A stretch of DNA of 64,000 nt from Blastocladiella emersonii ATCC 22665 (lineage: Eukaryota; Fungi; Blastocladiomycota), in contig JANHCV010000004.1 of assembly GCA_025594325.1 (NCBI GenBank), positions 620,001 through 684,000 of the forward strand, given 5' to 3'. A program made the translations under genes and the position numbers. Positions 1-12,239 of this stretch are shown here, piece after piece. Position 1 is the stretch's first letter, and every line of letters begins with the position of its first letter. A model generated the notes under the pieces. The model was given only the letters and a program-made list of their open reading frames with translations. It did no database searches and was not told the origin of the DNA.

Positions 1-730
1 GGTCCATCAATTCCAACGGTGGAAGACCAAGCATTGAGCTCCTTGAGTCTCGCCATACTATCGGGGATTACGAGGCACGGCGCCTTGTCGTGCACCGCGC
101 GCGCTAGGCTGTCCCAAAGCCAAATTGGCCAAACGAGTTGAAGAACCGGCCACGGACTTAAAAAGTAACCTGCTGACGCTAAGCGTGTGCAAATTGGGCA
201 AAGCTGACTGCGAATTGTCGCAAGTTGGCATCGATGTCGAGAGCGGCGGGAAGATAGGCGTAAGCGTGTCGCACGGCTTCCGCAGCCACGAGGGACGCGT
301 CGTTCACACCAGCCCGGCCCACGTGGTGCGGCCTTCGATTTCGCCGCACCGGCCATCGACGAAGCGCGTGGCGCCGCCGCTCGCCGTCCCTGGCGCACCC
401 TCCCCCTCCTGCTCGCCTCAGGACGCTCATGAGAGACTTGATGCATTTGCCACCGTGCGCCCGATTCTCGCTCCTGCCACCGTGAGCGACGACGCGCTCA
501 CTGTTGCAGCGAGTCGCGGTGCAAGGGCCGGCCCAACAGCACACACGCCAAGTCTCGCGAGACGAGGCACCGCATTTATCGCCAATGCGGTGCACAGCGA
601 CCCACCCGCTGCGTCTCTCTTCTCTGCTCCGCACCCACCATAAAGGGACCGGCGACCGCCTTCCCTCTGCGGGCTAGGCTTGTCCCTCGTGCTCCTTCCT
701 GCAAGCGACCTGCTGCAGTCGACGCGCGCC

Positions 731-3700
731 ATGGATCCCTCGCCGCGCCAGGACCCGCAGCGGGCCCCCGTGCTGCGCCGCTACCAGACCGCCTACCGCT
801 CCCACTCCGACGACATTGCGCCCGCGACCGACGGTGTCGCCCCGCCGCCGCGCGCCAACCACCATCTGCTCGGCGACGGGAACTACAGCGTCCTCGGCAG
901 CCCCGACTCGGCGCACTTCCCCGCCTCCGCCGCCGCGACTGCCCGCAATGTGCCGCCCGCTCGCACCCCGTCCTACGGCGCCGCTACTCGGCGCGGGGCG
1001 GCAACCCGCGCCAGCTCGCGCGGCGACGACGACCGCGACGTGTGCATCGACGTCGCTCTCGACTCGGTCCTCGCGGACCCGCACCGCCTCAAGCGCGCAC
1101 ACTCGGGCGCGCGGCTGCTCGAGCGCTTCTTCGGCACGCGCCCGCGCTACGAGTCGTACAACGGGGCGCGTCTCGCGTACGAGGACGCGCGCCGCGCTGC
1201 CCGCCGCGACCACAAGTGGTCGTCGGGTTCCGGTACCGCGCCGTCGACGGAGCAGCCGGCCGACCGCGGGTGGACCTCGCTCGGCGAGCGCATTACGCTC
1301 CGCCGGTCGCCCGTCGCGGCGTTCATCGACTTTGTCGGGAGCCCGCAGTTCCGCGTGCCCGTCGTGACGGCCGCCTTCTTTGTCGACCTGTGTCTCGTGT
1401 GCCTCTACGTCGCCGAGATGATCTACGTCGAGGCGCTGTCGCCCGAGTCCAAGGCGCGCGCCTTTAACGGTGTCGATCTCACCCCGCACTGGCTGTGGAC
1501 GCCGCGGCCCGCGACCATCTACTGGGCTGCTGTCGGTACGGTCTCGACCTACTCGCGCCGAGTCAGCGCGTCACTCACACTCGCACACGCAACGACCTCT
1601 AGCGCTCGAAATGTTCAACCTCGTCTACGCCGTTATCACGCTGGCGATTACGCTGAGCGTCAACGCGCTCTTCTCGCGCGGGTACTCGCCGCTCGACCTG
1701 CTCACGTCGTTCCCGTTCTTCGTCTCGCTGTTCCTGCCGCACGGCCAGTTCCTGTACATCCCGTACTTCCTACGGTCGATCCGCCTGATCCCGCGCATGC
1801 GCCGGCTCATCTTCATCCGCGACGAGGTGGACGGCGGCGCCGACGTGGCCGTGTCGGTGCCCGCGCACATGTACCAGACGCAGCTGACGCTGCTGCTGCT
1901 GTCGCTCGCCGACATCGTGTTCGTGACGACGTGCGCCGTGCACTACACGGAGCTCGCGTTCGGCGAGACGCCCATCAGCCTGTTCGAGGCGCTGTACATG
2001 ACGGTGGTGACCGTGACCACGGTCGGCTACGGCGACGTGACGGTCAAGAACACGGTGGGCCGCGTGGTGATCATGCTCGCGATCGCGCTGTCGTTCGTGA
2101 CGATCCCGGCCATCGCGTCATCGTTCGTCGACAAGATGCGCGCGCACCGCGAGGGCGGCGGGTCGTACACGCCGTCGGGCGCGATCCCGCACGTCGTGGT
2201 CGTGGGGAACGTGTCGAGCGCCAACGTCTTCACGTCGCTGCTCCAGGCGTTTTTCCACTCGGAGAACGCGGTCCCACTGCGCGTCGTGATGCTGACGCGC
2301 CACGCACCCTCGCCCGAGGTCAGCGCGCTCATGGCCACGCCCGCATTCCGCGGCCGCGTCTACTACCTCGTCGGGTCCGCCCTCGACCCCGTCCACCTGC
2401 AGCGCGCGCGCGTCCGCGACGCCCAGGCCGTCTTCTTCATGTCCGAGCCGGGGTCCGCGACCAGCGGGCTCGAGACGCCGCACCACCACCACGCCGCCGC
2501 CACCGCACATGGCAGCAGCAGCAGCAGCACGACCGAGACCGAGGATGAGCGCAACGTCGTGCGCGTCTGGTCGGTCGCCCGGTACGCGCCGCGCGTCGAC
2601 CTGTACGTGTACGTGCAGCGGCCCGAGTACGAGCGGTACCACGCTGCGCGCGCCAACGAGGTGGTGTGCGTGCAGGACCTCAAGCAGGCGCTGCTGGCGT
2701 CGAACCTGGTCTCGCGCGGCGTCGCCACGCTCTTCACCAACCTCATCAACAACGCCACCCCGCTCAAGGACTACTCGCGCCCGTGGCTCGTCCAGTACGG
2801 CGACGGGCTCGGCCAAGAGGTGTACAAGCTCGGCGTACCCGCGCCGCTCGTCGGGATGCGGTTCCACCGCGCTGCCGCGTACCTGTTTGCCGAGTTCCAG
2901 GTGACCGCGATTGCACTGCGCGTGCCGCTGCGCGACTCCGCCGGAAAAGTACGCGACGGCCACGTCCTGCTCAACCCGGCCGCCGACTGTTCGCTGTTTG
3001 GGGATGACGAGCTCGTGTGCATTGCGCAGTCGCCGCGCGAGATTGCGCTCGTCGAGTCGCTCGACCACGCGCAGTTCGACGCGTCCAAGGCGCAGTACCC
3101 GTCGCTCTTCTCCGAGTCCAAGGACGAGCGCTCGATCACGCCCATCACGCTGCACAGCAGCGCGGGCACCGGTGCCGCCGCGACGCTGCGCTTCTACGGC
3201 TCGCCGGCGGCGCCGCACTTTGTGATTGGTCAGCCGCCGTCGCCGTTCACGACGGACCCGAACAAGATCCCCGACTGCCACCTGGAGCCGCACCCGCCGC
3301 GGCGCATCGAGGACGTGACCATCGACTCGCTCGCCGAAACCGACCCGCGCGGCGCCGGCCACGTCATCGTGATCGCGCCTGACGCGCACCTGTTCCGGTT
3401 CCTGTGCACGCTGCGCGCCGCACACATTCCCGCCGCGGACCTGCGCTGGGTCGTCGTCGTGGTCCCCACGCTGCCGCAGCCCGACGACTTCCGGTTCCTC
3501 GCCCCCTTCCCGCGCGTGCTGTACATGCAGGGCAACGCGCGGCGCCGCCGCGACCTGCTGCGCGCCAACATCCCAGCCGCGTCGCGCATCGTGATCCTCG
3601 CGCACCAGGCTCGCGACGACCCGGCGTTCGTGGACCTCCAGGCCATTCTGATCCGGCACCTCGCCGTCGCCACGGCCGCGCGGTTCGCGACTGCGGCGGA

Positions 3701-4670
3701 GGCAGGGGCCGCGAGACCGCCGCCGTACACGGTCGTCGAGCTGTGCGAGTCGGCCAGCATCAACCTGCTCGCGCCGTCCAACGACCTCGTCCAGCAGAAC
3801 GCCGCGGGCGCCGCGGGTGCGCGCGGCGTCGGGTCGCCTGCGCCGCAGCCGCGGGCGCAGGACTCGCGCGAGACGCTCGTCGCGTCGCCGGACCTCAGCA
3901 AGCACGGCAAGCATCTCGTGCAGGCGAACGAGCGGCCGCCGATCTCGACGTCGCTCACGGCGACGTGGCACCAGCGCCGCCTCGGCCTGTCGTTCGCCGA
4001 GAAGCTCGAGCGCAAGCGCGCCAAGCTGCTGCGCCGCGGCGGCCGCGGCTCGTCGTCGGGCCCCGCCGCCGCTGACTCGGACTCTGACAGCGACAAGGAC
4101 GACCGCGACGGCGACCGTGCTGCGGCACGCGAGTTCGGCACCGAGATCGGGTACCCGGTCCCGCCACCGCGGCTGCGCGTCTTCTACGACCCGCACTTTG
4201 CGTCGGGCGAGGCCTTCTGCGGCGACCTGCTCAACACTGTCCTCGTACAGCACCTCATCAACCCGACCATCCTCGACCTCGCGCGGCTGTTTGCAGGTGT
4301 GCGCAACCGCGCCGACCGGCTCGTTTCCCACACGCTGCGCGTGCGGCCGTCGTTCCTGTCGACGGTCGAGCTGCCCGCGGGGTACGCCGGCAGAACGTAC
4401 CGCGAGCTGTTCATGGACCTTGCCGCGGGCGCGGGCGTCGTGCCGATTGGACTGTACCGCGCGCCGAGTGTCGAGTTGGGGAATGCGCACGCGTTCGTGT
4501 ACACGGCACCGCACCCGGACGTCGTCCTGCTCGCGACTGACCTCGTGTACGTCCTCGCGCAGTCGCTCGATGACGAGGCCGCGGCGACGGGTGCGGGCGA
4601 GCGGGTCCGGCCGGACAGCGCGGCGGTCGCGGCGCCGGGCGCGGACGAGGGCGGGATCACGGACGATTAG
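731..4670 (+). CDS. BK/Slo-family (calcium-activated, RCK-domain) potassium channel alpha subunit; intron 1536..1602
   Basis: ATG at 731 (MDPSPRQ). A GTACGG...CTCTAG intron joins the 680 frame to the 1470 frame (phase 1). S4-like FLRSIRLIPRMRR, pore TVTTVGYGD, RCK1 (HVVVVG, YLVGSALDPVHLQRARV), GLGQEVY, RCK2 (GHVIVI, VLYMQGNA) and PHFASGEAF. Confidence 0.92.
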
Positions 4671-4888
4671 GGCGGGCTGGCGTGTCAGTAATGATCGAGA
4701 TAGACGTATATTCCATTCCATTCATCACCTCGCTCGCTGTTTGTTGCTCGACCCCGCGGAGAATCCGGGTTGGGCGTGATCGGATCACGTCGAAGGTCGC
4801 GATGTGCCACGCGCGAGCCGCAGCTCCACACTCTTGTCCCTCAAGAACTCCGACACGCACGCAATAAACAGCTGGTATACTGACATGC

Positions 4889-5554
4889 TCACGACGTCTT
4901 TGCTTTACGCATCCCCGCACCCGGCCCCCCGCCGCCGGCAGCGGCATTGCTCGCGGCCTCGCCGAACCACACGGCGTCCCTGCTGCCCGTCTCCGCCTCG
5001 CTGCCCGCGACCGATCCGCGGCGGCTGGCCGGCGCACTCCCGAGCGTGCCACGTGAACCAGCACGGCTCACGTACTGCGGTGAGCGCGACTGTGTCGACG
5101 CGAGGTACGGGTGGAACCGCGCGGCAAACGCGGACAGGGACGACTCGCGATCGCGGTCGCGGCGCGTTGATGAGGCTGTGGAGCTGGGCGACGAGGTGGA
5201 CGAGGTGGACGAGGTGGGCGAGGTGACCGTGGGCGCGTGGAATGACAGTCGAGGAGGCAGCGGCGGAAGGTCGAGCGCCGCGGGCGGCGGCGTGTCGCTG
5301 AGCGGGGACGCGAGGAGGAGCCACGGGTGAAGCGGGTCGTGGTCGGCGGCTGATCCGGGTGGACGTGAAGTCGTGGCCACGGCGGTAACAGCAGCAGCGG
5401 CTGACGCTGCGATCGAGACGGCGTATGCGTCGGCGGCGTCCGATACCGGGTACGACGCGGCGGACGACGTGGTCGGTGCCGCCGAGCTGGGGCCGCGCAC
5501 GAAGTGGCCGCTCGTCCACGCGGCGACCGCTGTTGCGAACCCGTCATGCTCGAG
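4889..5554 (-). other. 221-codon open frame continuing in frame after the TAG of zinc-finger paralogue 1
   Basis: Same frame as 5555..5717, strong GC3 bias, contains RFHPY, ends at TGA 4889. No in-frame ATG near its 5' end. Confidence 0.5.
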
Positions 5555-7557
5555 CTACTGCCGCGGGAGGTGCAACGCGTCGAGCCCGCCCGCGAGACTG
5601 CTGCCCGTGCTGCTCGCGGAGTACGGTTGATGACCGTCCGCGCCGCCGGCGCCCTTTGCGAACCCGTCGTTGGGAGCGAAGGCGAGGAACCCCACGTCGA
5701 GCGAGGCCGAGCGCGAGCTACAGCACACGCATGGATCGCGGGGTGAGTGAGACATAAGGCGAACGGAGGGCGCATCAGGAGGTCGAGGCGGTGCATATAT
5801 GCACGCATGCGAGCACGGGGGGAGGCGCGGGGGCGGTCTCCCGATCGCGGCGACCCCGCACGGCCAAGGGGCGGACTGGAGCCAAGTGCGGAGGCGTTTC
5901 CGACCCCACATGCAACGCCGACCGCGCGCACGCGGTCAGCCGACTGTGCGCGCCGTGGGTGGCTGGAGTGTTCGCGAACACGCGCGCACACCCGATCGCG
6001 ACTACGAATCACCGCACGTCCATGGCCTGCAGCACGAGAATCGCGACGAGAAAAAAGCAAGCTGACGCACCTTACGCTCGGGTCGGTCGCCGCCGCTGCG
6101 GGCACCACGGGTCGGCTTGCTGCATGCGATATCGGCGGCCCGCGCTCGTCGCCCGCACACGACCACGGCCACGGTTTGGCGACGGGCTGCGGCTGCGGCA
6201 GCTGGCCCGCGTCGCTCATGAGCGCGTCGCTTGCGGTGCTGGCACCGACCGCGTTCCCGTACACGCTCGCGGTCGGGTACGCGCCGTGGTGCACGTCCAG
6301 CAGCGGCGCGCCGTGCGGAACGAGCGCCGCAATCGGGTCGACCGAGTACGCGCCCGCATGAGCGTCGTCTGGAAACGAGCCCGGGCCCGTTGCCGGGTGC
6401 CAGAACTGCGGCACGGGCATCGGAGCCGGATACTGCTGCCCGGACACGTGCGACGCGTTCGGGTACGCGTCGTACATCGGCGCGGGGAGTGGCGGGACTA
6501 CACTCGTCGGCGGCGGCCGCGCGGGCACCGCGAAGATCGTCGAGACCGGCGTACTGCTAGTACTGGACGACGCGACCAAAAACTCGATCTCAGGCGCTGG
6601 GGGCGGGGCCGTGGGGATATCAGCGAGTTCGAGATCGTGTTCGGCGGCCAGCAGGGCGGTCCAGTGATCGGGCGCGTCGATAGTGGCGCCCGCGGCGGCC
6701 GACTGCATGGCCATGGCCATCATGATGCCGATATCGGGGTCGTCGCGGTGCGAGAGCACCCGCCGCGCGCACGCCGGCTTGGCCTTGAGGTGCTTGACGA
6801 AACGGTCGCTGCAAACGGGCGCGTCAGATGCATGGTCGTGAGTTCATGAGCGCGCGTTTATGGTGGATCAGGGGCAGAGACGACGAGGTGAGGGGCGGGG
6901 CGGCTGTTATATACCCCTCGCGCGGCCGCGCGCCGTACTGTTCTCGTCCACGGCGCGAACAAGGTCGAGACAAGGCCAGTACAGCGCGCAGCGCGCCGCG
7001 AGACAAGACAGGAACGGTGCACCGCGTGATGCGGGAGACGAGCGTGTGCGGGAAACGTCGCCGACCACACATCCGCGGGACAGACGCGTTGAGAGAGGGA
7101 ACGCACCGGCGGTTCGTGCGCATGGTGCACGGCGCGGGACACACGAACGGCAGCGAGTCGGGCGCGTGCTGCGTCTGGAAGTGCCGCGCGACGTCGTTCG
7201 ACCGGTCGCCCTTGCTACACATCCCCACGAAACCCGTGTGGTCAGCACGCGTCGTCGACGACGACAACGACAGCGAACGCACATCCGTTGCCGGCAGCCC
7301 GGAGCCGGGCACGCCGTGAGCCGCAGGCAGTCGGCGCGCGTCTCGACGAGCAGGCGCCCGTCGGGCGTCACGCCAAAGTTGAGTGCCGGGTACGCCTCGC
7401 GCAGCGACTGGAGGGCGTCGCGGACTGGAGCGACCACCGCACGCACAGCACGGAGCGGTCGGCGGGTGCGGTGCCGGATACGCGCGAGGGCGCGGACGAC
7501 GGAGCCGCGAAGCGCGAGCGATCAGCGTGCGCGGATCCACCGCACACGACACGACAT
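5555..7557 (-). CDS. Zinc-finger protein, paralogue 1 (C2H2 finger plus atypical second finger), multi-exon; start codon uncertain
   Basis: Manual splicing with introns 7215..7282, 6809..7106, 5876..6075 and 5718..5816 gives CPAPGCRQRIKGDRSNDVARHFQTQH and PFVCPAPCTMRTNRRDRFVKHLKAKPAC, then a Pro/Ala/Ser-rich tail to TAG at 5555. The ATG at 7557 is tentative. Confidence 0.7.
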
Positions 7558-9322
7558 GGTGCGGCGATCGCGTCGCGTCGCGTCGGTGGAACGGGTGGTC
7601 GGCGCGGGTGGGCGGGGAGGAGGGCGGGGACGGCGGCGAGACGAAGGTCGACGAAGGTCGGCGCGTGGGCCAGCGAGAGAACAAGGCACAACGTTTCGAT
7701 CCGTTCCGACGGGCACATGGCCACACACGAAAACGCGTGAGCACGCACACAGGAAAAATAAAATTGAGCGCCGAACGTGGGACCGGCGCACAACGCGGGT
7801 AGCACGACACGGGGAGGGCGAATGGAACGCGAATGGCGAGAGTGCAAGAGAACAGAGGACAGCAAACGGGTCGTCAGTCCCCCGACTCGTAGCACGCTAC
7901 GAAGACAGCGAGCTCGACGTACTGCGGCTGAGGCACTGCGCGCCCTCGGGCGGGAGGCCCGTCTCGATGGGCGTGCGGCGCGGCATGGAGTGGAGCAGAG
8001 CGACGGCAGGTCGAGGCAGCGCGAGGGAGACGATGGCCGCGGTGGCGGCGGCGAGGTCGGCGGGATCGCACGAGCGCGAACGAGCGAGCGAGCAGGGCGA
8101 AGGGGGAGAGCGAGCGTTACTCGATCTGGCGGAGGGAGGCCGGTGTCAAGTTGGGCCAGGAAGGACGGCCGAGGCAGTGACCACGGTGGAGGTCGGGTGG
8201 GAGAGATCGAGAGGGCGGCGAGGGAAGCGGGAGGCGGCGGGAGAGAAGGGGAGGCGCCGAGGGCTGGGGCGGGTGGGCGAGCGGCGAGGGAACCGGGCCT
8301 GGCCCTGTTGCCCGCCGCTCCTGCTGCCTGGAGCAGGCGGGCGAGCGTCGCAGCTGAACGGCCGCCCGCGTGGCGCGAAGGCGAAATCTCGGCCAGTCCG
8401 TGGAGCCTGGCCAATCCGATCACGCCTTGCTGCAAGGCCCGAAACGCGCTGATCTTGGTCGCCAGGGTTCCCTCACGAACCGCGTGGTTGCCTGCTGAGA
8501 TGCTTCACGACGCGAAAAAAATTCCGGTGGTTCACACGCGAGCCAGTGCTGCTGCCACCCACCCGCGTCAAAGTGGGTCATGGGTGACGGACAAGCGACG
8601 GACGCGTGGGAGCCGCGCGGGGCCGACAAGTGGGAGGCAGTGAGGGCACCTGCGCAGTTGCGCGCAGTGGACCGCGATCAAGAAGCGCAAGCGAACGCGC
8701 GGAGTGTAAGGAAACCGGCGCGTTGACCACGCGGAGGCATCGATTGATTGACGTGGCAGGCCCTGGTCGCGGCCCCTGCACCGCATTTGCGGTGTCTGGG
8801 CACGGCTGCCCCTTAAAAATCCGGGAAGCCTCCACGGCGGTGCACGCTCCTTTCGCGGCCGTTTGCCTGGAACTTTGGGTCGCTCGGGTTGATCGCATGC
8901 CTGATGCGGTTTTCCGGCACCGCTGGGCTTGCGGTGAAGCCTCACCGCAACTGTGAAGTTGGCACCGGCGGTGACGGCCACGGCTGTCGCCCACGGCCAG
9001 CGCCCATGGTCTCCCACGACCTGACTGCATCAAATCCGAGGCCTGTGAGCTGCAAATAACCCTGCTATCGCTATGTACGCCAACTTAAGCCTGACGTGGG
9101 CTAGATCCTTCAGCAGATGTTCTCCGGAGTTGGTGACGGCCATGGCCGCAGCAGCTCTGCGGACTGGCCACGGCCACGCTGACTGCGATGCACCACCGCC
9201 AATATCACGCCGACAAGCGCACCCAGATCCAAGCGCGACCCTTACAATCAACTCAAGACCATCTAGAAACGGTTATGGAGACACTGCAATTTATTCACAC
9301 TGGGCGGGTATCAGGTGGGCGA

Positions 9323-10717
9323 TCAGCGCGCTGCACATGCGGGCCACGCAGCTAGTCCTGCTTCCGCCGCTGGCGGCAGATAGTACAGGTCGAACACGTC
9401 GGGAACGCGCACGGCGATTGAGTCGGCGGGGAGAACAACACCACTGGAACTGCACGGCGTAAGGTTGGCGGCGGGGGCGTTGCAGTCCAGATCGTCCGAC
9501 CACGGGCCCGCTGCGTTGCTCGCGTCCCACGGGTAGAGCGAGTACGCGTCGTAGACCAGCAGACTGTCGAGCGCAGGGTCACCCAGCAGCGACGCGGGAG
9601 GAGGAGATGTGGGCGGCGTAGGAGCAGACAACGACGGCTCGCGCGAGCTGTACAGGTGGCCCGCGTCCAGTTGGCGACGCGGGCGCGGCGAAGCCGGCGG
9701 CGTGATGAGCGGCAGCTTGACGGTGCCTGCCGCCTCGATCATGACGCGCGTGATCCCAAACGCGTCGAGCGAGAGCGGGTGCGGGAGGCCAGCGGGCACC
9801 GCGTCGGCCGCGATCTCGCGGAGACCCGCGCTGATTGCGTCGAAGCCGACGTCGCGGACGAGCAGCACCGCCGCCGACGGCGCGGGTGCAGCCGCGTCGG
9901 TGGCGGGGAACAGGGCGGCGACAGTAGCCACGAGATCGGCGTCGCGCGCGACCGGGTCCTTGGCGAGCTCGCACAGGAACGCGAGCGTGCACGAGCCCGC
10001 GTTGCGGCGCAAGTGGTTGATGAATCGGTCGCTACATGGCGCGTTGCATCGAGTTGCGTGGGGTGAGCGGGGAGCAGTGGAGGAGATCGGGGAGTGGAGT
10101 CAAGTGGAGACGTGAGGGGCGAGGCGGGGGCGGCGAGTGATCGGAGGTACCGGCGGTTGGTCCGGGCCGCGCGCGCCGAGCACGACGCGACGCACACGAA
10201 CGGCAGCGTGTCGCGCGCGTGCGCCGTCTGGAAGTGGCGCGCAGCGTCGCTGGGACGAGGGCTAAGCGGTGTCGGACGGTCAGCTTACGATCAGATGGCC
10301 CGCCGAGCGCGGGACCAACGTACAAGTTGAGGGCGCACGACGGGCAGGTGTTCGGGCGCGAGCCGTCGGCCGCGCGCTCGAGCACTAGGCCGCCGCTGGC
10401 CGTGAGCGTGAACAGCATGTCCGGGTGGGCGGCGCGCAGGCGGTCGAGCTCGGCGCGGGCTAGGCGAAGCACGGTCTGATCAGCACGTTGAGCGGAGTGA
10501 ACGGCGGCGACGGAGAGTGAGGGGCTCGTGCGCTCGCGCCATGATCCAGGGTCGAGTCGATCACCGCGATGCGGGGACCACAGCAGGAGCGACTCCTGAC
10601 CCGCCGCATCAGCGCGGTGGGAGACGCGAGCGGGTGGCGAGGGGAAGTGGGGGCAGGGGGGACGGTCGCACCTCGCGGGGCGGCCACAGAGGAGGCGGCG
10701 GGTTGGTCGAGCTGCAT
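9323..10717 (-). CDS. Zinc-finger protein, paralogue 2, multi-exon
   Basis: ATG 10717 (MQLDQPAASS). Introns 10476..10600, 10262..10323 and 10032..10150 yield CPSCALNFPRPSDAARHFQTAH and PFVCVASCSARAARTNRRDRFINHLRRNAGSC. Stop at 9323. Confidence 0.75.
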
Positions 10718-10796
10718 CCTTTCAGCGAAATTAGGCGACGACGGGAAGGAGGAGGGGAGAGAGCGAGAGCGCGGGCAACCAGGGTTCCATTTTTGA

Positions 10797-10820
10797 GGGC
10801 GGGCGGGCGGGCGGGCGGGC
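10797..10820 (+). repeat. (GGGC)6 tetranucleotide repeat, potential G-quadruplex, about 80 bp upstream of the zinc-finger paralogue 2 ATG
   Basis: gggcgggcgggcgggcgggcgggc read directly. Confidence 0.85.
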
Positions 10821-12239
10821 AGTAAAGCGACGACAGCAGCAGCGACCAACCTCCGCCGCCTCGTCTTCTTCCTCAACAGGGGTTCTGCCCTCAAGCTGCT
10901 CCGCCACGACCCGACCTGCGCCCTTGCGTGCTCCGATCGCCACGTTCCGCCCGCGCCCGCATGACGGAATCACTCTCACATGAAATCCCACCGCACGTTG
11001 CCGCGCAAGCTCACGCGCCCGAAACGCGGCCGCCGTCGCCGTCGTCACCATCGCGGCAACGATGCAGCCGCCTCGTGCGGCTGGTCGGTCGCTTGGCGCC
11101 GCTCATTCGCCGCAGCGCGCAGATGCGGTGGATCGTGAAACTGCACCTGCCGAACCTGGACGCGGCCGCGCGTCGAGGCGCGGCCATTGCGGCCATCGTC
11201 GCCGGCCTTGTTCTCTGTTCGCACATGTCTGCGCGTGCGTGCTTGCGTGAGAGTGAGGCCACGCGGGTGTGCTCATGTCGAACGCGCGCGTTGGGGATCA
11301 CGCTCAACGCGACTCGGCGGACGGAGAGAGCATAAGATCAGCAACGGGGCTCGCTACGGGAGGAGCGGCTACACGTCGAGCGCAGCGAGGACGAGTGAGC
11401 AGCCGTGCGCGAAGGATGGTGGCGGGACGAGAGGTGAGGGAGGCCCGGTCGGTGCGGTGCACCGTTTTTATTGTGGGTGCATGGTTCGGCATGCACCAAA
11501 CTCTGTGAGGGGGGCCGTTGTTGAGATCCTGCGCTAAGTCGAATGTGCGCGTCTTGTACGAAGTTGTCTACATGTTCTGCTCAAGTTGAGATGAGCAGCG
11601 CGGGAGCGGGTCGGCCTTCGTTTATGTACGCTGGGATCGCGGTGCTCGCGCTTGAGTCGGCCCTCGCACCGCGTCACTCGCAACGATCCTCGTTTACCGC
11701 GCGGTGGACGACGCGTGCCAGAACGCTTCAACTGGAAGGTGCAGTACGAGTGTCGCTCGTCGAGTATAGCAAGCGCGTGCCGTGATAGCCGAAGCGCGCG
11801 GTGCGAGGCCGGCCGTCGCCTGCCACGTTGACGATCCGCAACGCATTTTCTTCCGTGGAGCCGGGGAGGGCGCGGCCGTCTTTCAGTTGCCCGAAGCGCA
11901 ACAGTCGTCGCTGGACTCCTAAGCTGCGAGTTGTCCTCGGGACTCGGAGCTCGGGGTGCGGGTTGAACACGCGAGCGGATCACCGACGCGAAAATGCGAG
12001 ACAGTCACGTGCGAGGTGCGAGACGCGTTTCACGTCGCGCGTTCCTCGCGCCTCGTCCTCGGCTCCTTGGCGCGACGCACTCTCGACTCCTCGAGCATCA
12101 ATATTCGCCACTTATTTAGCAGCTGAGGCGAGAACGAAAGGGTCCTGAACACCGCGAGCAAAACCAGCGCGGAGCACCGGGCGAGCGTACGGCGGCCTCG
12201 GGGAGCAGTGGGAGCTGCGCATGCAGGGCGCCGACCTTG

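Noticed and set aside
125-732. ORFs upstream of the K+ channel, and ORFs in 7777..9300, 10928..11700, 34828..35400 and 62743..63400
   Set aside because: Alternative-start ORFs with no motifs or codon bias. These regions look like promoters or UTRs with purine/pyrimidine strand skew.
11728-11970. Short minus-strand ORF with FGYHGT, reminiscent of an ADP-ribosyltransferase His motif
   Set aside because: No downstream Tyr or Glu motifs in register, no ATG start, only 80 aa. Cannot be distinguished from chance.
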